DNA of 64,000 nucleotides from an uncultured Gemmatimonadales bacterium (lineage in GTDB: Bacteria; Gemmatimonadota; Gemmatimonadetes; Longimicrobiales; Gaopeijiaceae): assembly GCA_963823035.1 (NCBI GenBank), contig CAWGKG010000010.1:224001-288000 (forward strand), read 5' to 3'. Each line of letters opens with the position of its first letter. Position 1 is the stretch's first letter. The position numbers and the translations under genes are program-made. The notes beneath the pieces were generated by a model that was given only the letters and a program-made list of their open reading frames with translations, was not told the DNA's origin and searched no databases. Below, in pieces: positions 51,568 to 61,645 of the stretch.

Positions 51568-52551
51568 CTGACCGTCCTCAAGCTCCGGTTCCGGTGGACG
51601 TCGGAGGCCGACCCCGGACCCCGGTGGCAGGCGCTCTTCAGGCGCGCATGGCCCTCCTATCGCGCCTGGTTCCTGCGCGAGGGAGACCGCGCCCGCCCTC
51701 CGCTCGCCGTGTGCAGGGCGAAGCTGCGCGAGCACATGCCGGAGCTGGTTCCGCTGTGGGAACGCCTGTGCGAGATGGCGGGCGACGATCCTGAGGTCGC
51801 GCGCATGCTGACGCTGTACCGACCCACGCCCTACGTGTCGGGATGCACGCAGGCCGTGCGCGGCGGTGCGTCACCCTCGCTGGTGCGCAACTACGACTAT
51901 CACCCCCACGCGTGCGAAGCGACGTTCGTCCGGACCCGGTGGACCGGAACGACCGTGATCGCTTCCAGTGACTGCCTCTGGGGTGCGCTCGACGGGATGA
52001 ACGAGCACGGGCTCTCCGTGGCGCTCGCGTTCGGAGGGAGCCGGGCGGTCGGCGACGGCTTCGGCATCCCCCTGATCCTGCGCTACGTGCTCGAGTCGTG
52101 CGCCAGCGTCGCCGAGGCGCGCAAGGTGCTCCGCCGGGTGCCGTCGCACATGGCGTACAACGTGTCGGTCGTGGATCGGAGCGGCGCCCACGTGGTCGCC
52201 TACCTCCGGCCGGGTGCGGAGGCGGAGATCGTTCGCGAGGCTGTGACGACGAACCACCAGCGGCGCATCGATTGGCCGGAGTACGTGGCCGCGACCCGGA
52301 GCGTGGAACGGAAGCGGCTCACCCGAGCCGCGCTGCGCGAGACGTCGGACGCACGGAGCCTGGTGGAGCGATTCCTCGAGCCGCCGCTGTTCGTGACGGA
52401 CTACGAGGGGTGGCACGGGACGCTCTACACGGTCGCATACCTGCCGGCGGAGCGCTCGATGGAGGTGCACTGGCGCGGTGCTTCCGTCCCACAGAGCATC
52501 GACGACTTCACGGAACGCGAGTTCGACGTCCCGTACCTTCCCGTCCCCTGA
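51568..52551 (+). CDS. C45 family autoproteolytic acyltransferase/Ntn-hydrolase; probable non-canonical start
   Basis: Cleavage-site-like SG|CTQAV, LVRNYDY, LDGMNEHGL, GFGIPLILRYVLE, VPSHMAYN, TNHQ, GTLYT; frame open from the in-frame stop at 51514. Confidence 0.85.
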   Translation: MTVLKLRFRWTSEADPGPRWQALFRRAWPSYRAWFLREGDRARPPLAVCRAKLREHMPELVPLWERLCEMAGDDPEVARMLTLYRPTPYVSGCTQAVRGGASPSLVRNYDYHPHACEATFVRTRWTGTTVIASSDCLWGALDGMNEHGLSVALAFGGSRAVGDGFGIPLILRYVLESCASVAEARKVLRRVPSHMAYNVSVVDRSGAHVVAYLRPGAEAEIVREAVTTNHQRRIDWPEYVAATRSVERKRLTRAALRETSDARSLVERFLEPPLFVTDYEGWHGTLYTVAYLPAERSMEVHWRGASVPQSIDDFTEREFDVPYLPVP

Positions 52552-52657
52552 ATCGTCGGGCCCGCCACGCGACCCTTCCGCAATCGCCCGTATCCTTGCT
52601 TCGTTCACAGGAGGCCGGATCCCTGCACCGCGCTGACGGCGGAGAGGAGTCGAGGCG

Positions 52658-53581
52658 ATGTTGATCGTGACCGCGCTGGGCGGAAACGCCCTCCTTCGCC
52701 GCGATGAGGAGATGACCGCCGGGAACCAGCGGGCCAACGTGCGCATCGCGTGCGAGGCGCTGGCGGGCATCGCCGGAGAGAACCAGCTCGTGGTCACGCA
52801 CGGCAACGGGCCTCAGGTGGGCCTGCTCGACCTCCAACAGGTGGCCAACGGCTACCCCTTCGACGTTCTGGGGGCCGAGACCGAGGGCATGATCGGGTAC
52901 ATGATCGAGCAGGAGCTCGGGAACCTGATTCCCTTCGAACGCCCCATGGCGACGCTGCTCACCATGATCGAGGTCGACCCCCTGGATCCGGCGTTCGACG
53001 AGCCGACCAAGTTCATCGGCCCGGGCTATCCCGAGAGCGACGCCCGGCGGCTCGCCGCCGAAAGGGGGTGGGTGCTCAAGCTGGACGGCGCGCACTGGCG
53101 GCGGGTGGTGCCCTCGCCGGACCCCAAGCGGATCTTCGAGCTCCGTCCCATCCAGTGGCTCCTCGAGAAGGACACGATCGTCATCGCTGCCGGGGGTGGC
53201 GGGATCCCCACCATGTACCAGCCCGGGGCCGACCGGAAGCTCGTCGGCGTGGAGTGCGTCATCGACAAGGACCTGGCCTCCGGGCTCCTCGCCAAGCAGA
53301 TCTCCGCGGACGTCCTGGTCATGCTGACCGACACGGACGCGGTCTACATCAACTACGGCGAGCCCGGCCAGAGGGCGATCCGCAGGGCCTCGCCCGAGGC
53401 CCTGGGCACCTTGTCGTTTCCGGCCGGGTCGATGGGCCCCAAGGTCGAGGCCGCGTGTCGCTTCGCCTCGGCCACCGGCAAGCGGGCCGCCATCGGGGCG
53501 CTGGCCGATCTGGAACGGATCCTCGAGGGTGAGGCCGGCACGACGGTGTCGACGGGGACGGACGGTATCGTCTACGCGTGA
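52658..53581 (+). CDS. arcC: Carbamate kinase
   Basis: [57 protein letters not shown]. Confidence 0.95.
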   Translation: MLIVTALGGNALLRRDEEMTAGNQRANVRIACEALAGIAGENQLVVTHGNGPQVGLLDLQQVANGYPFDVLGAETEGMIGYMIEQELGNLIPFERPMATLLTMIEVDPLDPAFDEPTKFIGPGYPESDARRLAAERGWVLKLDGAHWRRVVPSPDPKRIFELRPIQWLLEKDTIVIAAGGGGIPTMYQPGADRKLVGVECVIDKDLASGLLAKQISADVLVMLTDTDAVYINYGEPGQRAIRRASPEALGTLSFPAGSMGPKVEAACRFASATGKRAAIGALADLERILEGEAGTTVSTGTDGIVYA

Positions 53582-53604
53582 CGCGGGCCGGGTATGCGTG
53601 CCGC

Positions 53605-54318
53605 TCAGCCCGCCAGGATCACCAGGATCGCCCCCTGCGGGTGACCCGCTCCCCACCGGAGCGTGGCCTCGCCGGCGTCGAGGAAGTAGACCGCCCCGAT
53701 GTCCTGCGCGTGGATGGTGCGTAGCGCGTCGATGCCACCGAGGAGGTTCGAATCGACGTACACCCTCAACTGTGGACCACCGTCACTGAAGTCGCCGTCG
53801 GGGGGTGGGCGCAGGGTCTGCTGGCCGCGGAGCACGAGCCACTCCGGGCGGAGCAGCTGCACGGCCTCGTATCCGGTGACGACCTTGGCGCTCTGGATCT
53901 CGTCGGCTCCCAGCCGGTCCCGACCGGAGGGGAGCGCGCTGCGCTCCGCCGGCACGCCCATCCGGCCGAGGGGGAAGCGGAAGCCGATCGCGAACCCGAC
54001 CCCGCCGCCGATGGCGGCCCAGAGCGGTCGGTCGATCTTCCGGCCCCCGGGCCCATCCTGCCAATCCCCGCGGGCGAGCTGCGAGGCGAAGAAGCCGAGC
54101 CCCGCGCCGATGACCGCCGCACCCGTCGCGGTGAGCAGCCGGGCGCCGAGGGGGAACGACGTGTGGACCGAATCGGCGGGCACGCCCGGCCAGGCCGCGA
54201 ACGGGCCACCGACGGCGCCGCCGACGGGGCGGCGTAGGGGCTGGGCACCTATGCCTCCGGGATCCATGGCGAGGAGCAGGCTCGCGAGGGCTCCCCAGCG
54301 GGCGAAGGCCGATCTCAT
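53605..54318 (-). CDS. Secreted/membrane protein with Gly-rich hydrophobic segments and a C-terminal TonB plug-like domain (no barrel)
   Basis: ATG 54318 with signal peptide; DEI...YEAVQLLRPEWL, VYVD, DIGAVYFLDAGEATLRWG, GAILVI. Confidence 0.6.
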   Translation of the reverse strand: MRSAFARWGALASLLLAMDPGGIGAQPLRRPVGGAVGGPFAAWPGVPADSVHTSFPLGARLLTATGAAVIGAGLGFFASQLARGDWQDGPGGRKIDRPLWAAIGGGVGFAIGFRFPLGRMGVPAERSALPSGRDRLGADEIQSAKVVTGYEAVQLLRPEWLVLRGQQTLRPPPDGDFSDGGPQLRVYVDSNLLGGIDALRTIHAQDIGAVYFLDAGEATLRWGAGHPQGAILVILAG

Positions 54319-54406
54319 CGGGTTTCCGGGCTCAGTGGTCCACGCGGTGACCGTGCCGCGTCCCTGGACCATCGGAACGCGCGCGGCCCGGTGCAAGGGG
54401 TGCCGA

Positions 54407-55176
54407 TCAGAGACCGGCGCTCTGCTGCATGATGCCCCCGTCCACGACGAACGTCGTCGCCGTGGCGTAGCTCCCCCGCGGACCGGCCAGGAACGCCACC
54501 ATGCCGGCGATCTCCTCCGGCTTGGCCATGCGCCTGAGCGGGATCGCCGCCTCGAGCCGCGTCCATGAGCACCTGGTCCTTCATCGTCTCCCGGTTGATG
54601 GGGGTCTCCACCGCGCCGGGCGCGACCCCGACCACCAGGATGCCGTGCTTCGCCAGCTCGACACCGGCCGTGCGGGTGAGCATGCGCATCCCGCCCTTGG
54701 ACAGGCAGTACGCCGTGTTCCCCGGCATCGGCCAGTCCTCGTGCACGGACGAGATGTTGATGATCCGGCCACCGTCGCCCTGCGCGATCATCTGCCGGGC
54801 CGCGATCTGCGTGCCGAAGAAGGCGCTCTTAAGGTTGATGTCCATCACGCGGTCGTACTGCTCCTCCGTGGTGTCGAGCACCGAGGTGCGCGTCTCGACC
54901 CCCGCGTTGTTGACCATGATGTCCAGGCGCCCGTACTCCTTCACGGCGGCGGCGACGAGACGCTCGAGGTCGGACACCTTGCTGACGTCGGCGCGCACGC
55001 CGATGGCCTCGACGCCCGAGGGCCGTCACCTCGCGGTCGAGCTCCTCCGTGGCCTCGGGATGCGCGATGTAGTCGATGACGATGTCGGCGCCCTGCCGTG
55101 CGAGCTCCCGCACCACCGCCATCCCGATGCCGCTGTTGCCGCCGGTGACGACGGCGACCTTTCCGCTCAGTTCCAT
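54407..55176 (-). CDS. SDR oxidoreductase, glucose 1-dehydrogenase-like; frameshifts near 55020 and 54560
   Basis: GKVAVVTGGNSGIG, VNNAGVE, NISSVHE, YCLSKGG, VAPGAVETPIN, FVVDGG. Confidence 0.9.
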
Positions 55177-55193
55177 CGTGGTTCCTCCTGGCA

Positions 55194-57917
55194 TCATGCC
55201 CCCTGTTCGTCGAGCTCGAAGAGGAGCGAAGAGATCAACGCGGTCCAACCGGTCTGGTGGCTCGCGCCGAGCCCCATGCCGGTGTCACCGTGGAAGTACT
55301 CGTGGAAGGGGATGAGGTCCCGCCAGTGGGGGTCGGTCTGGAAGTACTCGTTGTCCCCCCACACCGCGCGCCGACCGCCGCGGGTCGCGATCGCGCAGGA
55401 AGATCCGGGCGAGGCGGCGGGTGAGGAACGCGGCGACGTCGGCGAGCGGCAGGTGCTCTCCCGAGCCGGTCGGACATTCGACGAGGAAGCGCTCCCCGTG
55501 GTAGCGTGACAGCTCTCGGAGCGCGTCCACGATCATGTAGTTCAGCGGGAACCAGATCGGCCCGCGCCAGTTGGAGTTGCCGCCGAAGATGCGGTTGTCC
55601 GACTCCGCGGGGAGGTACCGGATGGACAGGGAGTGTCCGTCCGTGTCCAGCACGTACGGAGGATCGAGGTGCTGGCGCGACAGCGACCGGACGCCGTAGT
55701 CGGCGAGGAACTCCTCCGGGTCGAGCATGCGTCGGAGCACGGCGCGGAGGCGGTCCGCGTCGAGGACGGCCAGGAGCACGCGATCCTCCTCTCCGGGCAC
55801 CCCGATCGGCGCGACGTTCGTAAGCAGGCTGGGACGCTGCTGCAGGAACTCCGTTGCGCGCGCGATGAAGCGGTCGAGGCCTGCCGTCTCCGCCGGCGCC
55901 AGAACGTGCACCGCGAGCAGGGGGATGAGGCCGACCGCGGAGCGAGCCTTCACCGGGAAGCTCTCGCCGGACGAGAGGCGGATGACGTCGTAGAAGAAGG
56001 CGTCGGCGTCGTCCCACAGGTCGATGCCGGCGCCGTCCATGTTCGTCATCGCGTGCGCGATGTAGATGAAGTGCTCGAAGAAGCGCAACGACGCGTCCTG
56101 GTAGAACGGGTCTTGCCGGGCCAGCTCGTCGGCGATGCACAGCATGGTCAGACAGAACCTGGCCATCCAGCTGGTACCGTCGCTCTGTTCGAGCTGTGCG
56201 CCGTTCGGGAGCGGATGGCTGCGATCGAACAGGCCCACGTTGTCCATCCCGAGAAAGCCGCCACCGAAGAGGTCGCGGCCGCTCGCGTCCTTCCGGTTCA
56301 CCCAGAAGCTGTAGCAGAGCAGCTCGCTCTGGTACGCCGCCTCGAGGAACGCGACGTCTCCCCGGCCGGTCCGCGCCCGGTCGAGGGCGTACACCTGCCA
56401 CGCCGCCCACCCGAGCAGGGGCGGGTTGACGTCGTCGAAGTTCCATTCGTAGGCCGGGACCTGCCCGCTGAGGTGCTGATAGCGGACGTCGCCCATGCGC
56501 AGCAGCTGCTCCTTGGCCAGCTCGGGGTCGATGCGCGCGATCGACACGCAGTGGAAGGCGAGGTCCCAAGCTGCGTACCAGGGATACTCCCAGGTGTCCG
56601 GCATCAGCAGCACGTCGGCGTTGGAGAGGTTCTTCCAGCGCCGGTTGCGTCCCTGCCACCGCTCCTCCGGCGGCGGAGGCTGCGTCGGGTCGCCACGCAG
56701 CCAACGGTACACGTCGTAGTGGTAGAACTGCTTGGACCAGAGGAGACCGGCCAGCGCTTGGCGCTGGACCGCGCCGCTCGTCCTCTCCCAGGGACGGCGG
56801 GTGCACGGCCTCGTAGAAGGCGTCGGCCTCCGCCTCCCTGCCGATCCATCACCGCGTCGAAGTCGGCGAAGGGGTCGTCCCGCGGCTCCGCGCAGAAGCG
56901 CACCTCCACGGTGAAGGACGCCCCGGGCTCGACCACGGCATGGGCGTGCCCTGCGAGCTTGCTCCCCTCGTCCCTGCGGACGCGGTCCCCGAGTCCGGCG
57001 ACGACGGCGTGGTGGATGCCGTCCTTCACCCATGGCGTCGGGTTGGGCTGGCCGAAGAGGCGGTCCGCGTTCGTCTCGTTCTCCGTGAAGAGGAGCTCCA
57101 CGGCCTCGTCGTCGGACGCCCGGACGTACCACCAGCGCTCCCCGATCGCTTCGTGCGCCGTGTGGGCCGCGTCCGGACCGACGGCGCGGATGCGAGGGCG
57201 CTCGGCCCCATGGCTCCACGACCAGGTGTTCCGGTACCACAGGTGGGGAAGCACGTGGACGGGCGCGGCGTCGGAGCCGCGGTTGACGACGGTGATGCGG
57301 CAGAGGACGTCCTCCGGGTTCGCCTTCGCGTACTCGACGAAGACGTCGAAATAGCGGTTCGCCGTGAACGTCTCCCGCAACGCGTCGTACAGCTCGAACT
57401 CGGGCTCCTCCTGGGTGCGCGCGCCGTTCTCCCGCACCAGCAAGTCGTAGGGATACGCGACCTGCGGGTACTTGTAGAGCATCTTCATCCACGCATGCGA
57501 GGGCGTACCGTCCAGGAAGAACCAGTACTCCTTGGCGTCCTCGCCGTGGTTGCCCTGGCCGTTGTCCAGCCCGAAGAGCCGCTCCTTGAGGATGGGGTCG
57601 CGCTCGTTCCACAGCGCGACGGACAGGCAGATGTTCTGGTCGAGGTCGCAGAAGCCAGCGAGGCCGTCCTCGTTCCAGCGGTAAGCACGGCTGCGTGCGT
57701 GGTCGTGGGGGAAGTAGCGCCAGGCGTCGCCGTCCGCGCTGTAGTCCTCGCGCACGGTTCCCCACGCACGCTCTGCGAGGTAGGGACCCCAGCGACGCCA
57801 TTTCGCCCGCCCGGAAGCCTGTTCGTTCAGGCGCTCGTGCTCCGCCGTCTTCCGTTCCCCGCCGCCTGCGCCTGTCGCTGCGGCCGGGGCCGTGGGCGCG
57901 TTGGGCTTTCCATCCAT
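55194..57917 (-). CDS. GH63/MGH1-like glucosidase; frameshifts near 56835, 56775, 55375
   Basis: [92 protein letters not shown]. Confidence 0.9.
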
Positions 57918-58131
57918 GGAGGGTCTGCCGGTCGTGCTCTGGGGGAGGAGAGCCAAGATGCGTGACGCGACACTCTTCGTCCAGCACGCCGAGGGTCGAT
58001 GCCTCCTGCTTGTCGGCGGGCGGGCTCCCCGTCTACTCTGCGACCCGCGCCGCAACGGCGCCTCGTCGGTGGGTCGCGACCACGCAACGTGGCCCCCCTG
58101 TTCTTCCCCGGGCCAGGAGGGTCCCGTGCGG

Positions 58132-61100
58132 ATGCCCGCTTTCCGCTGGACGGCCGTCGCGGTCACGCTGCTCACGCTCGACCTCGTGGCGCCGCTCCCG
58201 GCGCGCGCCCAGGTCGATTCCGCGCTGTTCTCTTCCATGCACTTCCGCAACATCGGACCCTTCCGCGGAGGCCGCGTCACCACCGTGACGGGCGTGCCGG
58301 GGAAGCCCTTCACCTTCTACATGGGGGCCACGGGCGGCGGTGTGTGGAAGACCACCGACGCGGGCACGAGCTGGCACAACCTCTCCGACGGCTACTTCAC
58401 GACCACGGGGATCGGCGACATCCGGGTGGCACCGTCGGATCCCAACGTGCTCTACGTGGGCACCGGGGAGTCGCCGGTGCGTGGCGTGAAGACCTCGCAT
58501 GGCGACGGCGTCTACAAGTCGACGGACGCGGGGGCGACGTGGACGCACCTGGGCCTCGAGGCCACGCGCCACATCGCCAAGATCCAGGTCGACCCGCGTG
58601 ATCCGGACCGCGTGTGGCTCGCAGCCCTCGGCAACCCGTGGGGCCCCAACCCGGAGCGCGGTATCTACCGCTCCGAGGATGGCGGCGCGAGTTGGGACAG
58701 GATCCTCTTCGTGAGCGACTCCGCGGGCTTCGTGGACCTGAGCATGGACGCCCACAACCCCGACCACATGATGGCCACGTCGTGGGAGTTCCGCCGCTTC
58801 CCGTGGGCGGTGAAGAGCGGCGGACCGGGGAGCGCCGTGTGGAAGACCACGGACGGCGGCGAGCACTGGCGGCGCATCGAGGCCGGCCTCCCGGCGCTGA
58901 AGGGGAAGATCGGCGTCGCGATCTCCCCCGCCGACCCGAACGTGGTCTACCTGGCCATCGAGGCCGTCGGCGCGGAGGGCGGCGTGTACCGCTCCGACGA
59001 CGCCGGCGAGACGTTCCGCCAGGTGAGCAACGACCCGACGACGTTCGCCCGCCCCTGGTACTACATGCACATCATCGCCGACCCGCAGGACCCGGACGAG
59101 GTGTGGGTCATGAACAGCGGGCCGATGAAGTCGATCGACGGCGGGAAGACGTACACGCGCATGCCCGACGCCCACGTGGACCACCATGCGCTGTGGATCA
59201 ACCCGGACGACTCGGACATCATGATCAACGGCAACGACGGGGGCGCGGCCATCACGCTGAACGGCGGCCGGACCTGGTCGACACAGCTCAACCAGTCCAC
59301 CGCGCAGATGTACCGCGTCGAGACCGACGACGGGTACCCGTACAAGGTCTACTCCGGGCAGCAGGACGCGAGCGGCATCGTCATCGCGAGCCAGACGCTC
59401 GGCGACGGCATCGGCGAGCACGACTGGCAGACGATCCGCTCCGGCGAGTCGGCCACGGTGGCGCTCGACCCGGAGAACCCGCGCTACGTCTACACCACCT
59501 TCTTCGCCGGCTTCCTGGGCGAGTGGGACGCCGTCACGCAGAACTACCGCATGATCCGCCCGTACGCGGAGCGGGTGGAGGGCGAGCAGCCGAAGAACCT
59601 CAAGTACCGCGCGAACTGGAACGGCCCGGTCGAGGTCTCCCCGCACGACCCGAACGTCCTCTACTACGGGTCGCAGTTCGTGATGAAGTCCACCGACCGA
59701 GGCACGACCTGGACGGTGATCAGCGACGACCTGACGCGCAACGACAAGGACCACCAGGGGAAGGGCGGATACCCGATCTCGAACGAGCAGATCACGGCCG
59801 AGAGCTACAACGACGTCTTCAACATCGAGGAGTCACCGCTCACCGAAGGCGTGGTCTGGGTGGGCTCCGACGACGGCCTCGTGCACGTTACGCGCGACGG
59901 CGGGAGGACGTGGAAGAACGTCACGCCGCGGGACCTCCCCGAGAGCATCGTCAACGTGATCGAACCTTCGCCGCATGACCCTGCCACCGCGTACTTCGCC
60001 GCGGCCGGCTACAAGCTCAACGACTTCACGCCTTACATCTACAAGACGAACGACTACGGGGAGACGTGGACGAAGATCGTGCGCGGCATCCCCGGCAACA
60101 CCTTCGCGCGCTCCGTGCGCGAGGACCCCGACCGGCGCGGCCTCCTGTACGCCGGCACGGAGACGGGGCCGTTCGTCTCCTTCGACGACGGCGGGATGTG
60201 GCAGCCGCTTCAGCTCGACCTTCCCGAGGTGCCGATCACCGACATGCGCGTCCGCCAGAAGGACCTGGTCGTTTCCACGCAGGGTCGTGGGCTGTGGATC
60301 CTCGACGACCTCACCCCGCTCCACCAGATCACCGACCAGGTGGCCGCCGCGGACGTGTGGCTGTACCGCCCGCGCGACACGTATCGCGACATCGCCGACG
60401 GCTACTACGCGGAGGGCGGGCCGGGCGAGAATCCGCCGAAGGGCGTGCAGGTGAACTACATGCTGAAGGACGCGGTGCCCGACGACACCCCCATGTCCAT
60501 GGAGATCCTCGACGATGCCGGACGGGTGGTCTTCTCCGAGCGAACGGACGATCCTACGCCCGACTGCCCGGGCTCGACGCGCCCGAAGCTCCTGAAGCGC
60601 GAGGCCCGGCGCGCACCGGTGGAGCTGGAACATGCAGGTCGGCGCGTTCCCCTGTTTCGTCGAGATCACCGCGACGTCGCCCGGGCTCGGCGCCTATACC
60701 GCGCGACCGGGCCGCTACCAGGCACGGCTCACCGTGGGTGGCACGACCCGCACGCAGGAGTTCCGCATCCTGGTCGACCCGAGGTTGGAGGGCATCGTCG
60801 CCGACCCCGTCGCCGAATACGCGGAGCTGGACCGTCTGTCGAAGTCGCTGTACGACGCGGCGACGCGGATGGGTGAGGGTGTCGGCGACCTGCGCAAGGT
60901 GAAGGACCAGCTCGACGTGATCCTCGAGCTCACCTCGGCGCAGGACGTGCAGGAGGGCGGGGACGCGCTGGACGGCGAGCTCGACGGCTGGATCGAGAAG
61001 ATCCTCCAGGGAGACCTGAAGACCTTCCAGCACGCCTACCAGTTCGAGGCGCGTCTCATGATGAAGTACAAGGACCTGCTCGGCAGGATGAGCGGCGCCA

Positions 61101-61270
61101 ACATCCCGGTCACGCAGGGCGTGCGCGACGTCACGGCCGACTACCTGGCGCAGTGGTCCGCCCTGCAGACCGAGCTGCAACTCATCAAGACACGGGACAT
61201 CCCCGCGTTCAACGAGGTGCTGACGCGGGCGGGGTTGCCGCCGCTCTATCTACCGCGGCCGATCAGCTGA
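58132..61270 (+). CDS. Secreted VPS10/BNR-repeat (sortilin-like) glycosyl-hydrolase-like protein; frameshift near 60608
   Basis: FRNIGPFRGGR, repeated K/R-S/T-x-D-x-G-x-T/S-W Asp-boxes, DHHALWINP, GNDGG, TQGRGLWILDD. Confidence 0.88.
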
Positions 61271-61327
61271 GACGACGCCGGGGTGCCGCGGCGTTGCGGA
61301 GGAGGCGGGCTCGGCCCGATCGAGGAT

Positions 61328-61382
61328 CCGCGTAGGGCCGCGTAGAGCCGATCTTGCGTCCCCCGGGGGGAGATCCTAGGCT
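61328..61382 (+). promoter_or_regulatory. Putative sigma70-type promoter of the SusC gene with a tandem direct repeat just upstream
   Basis: TTGCGT (61354-61359) N17 TAGGCT (61377-61382); CGTAGGGCCG/CGTAGAGCCG tandem at 61331-61350. Confidence 0.45.
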
Positions 61383-61645
61383 GGAGACGCAGTGTGAAAT
61401 ATCAGGGCTCACTTCGTGGTGTGCCCCCCGACCTCGCGAGATTCTCTTTCGCGCCCCCGCGCGAAACAGCCCCCCAGGGCTCCCTGGCCGATCTGGGCCG
61501 TCATGCGACGCCGGCCGGAGTCCCGGTCGTGCGCCGCGCGTGAGCCCCCGGAAATCCGGCCTTGCGATCGGTGACCGACCCCCTGCGGGCCTTCACCACG
61601 ACCGCCTCTGCCGGGTTTCGTCCACCCGTTCGCGAGGAGGCAGTC

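Noticed and set aside
61393..61413. CRP/FNR-like site TGTGA...TCACT
   Set aside because: Spacer is 11 nt rather than 6
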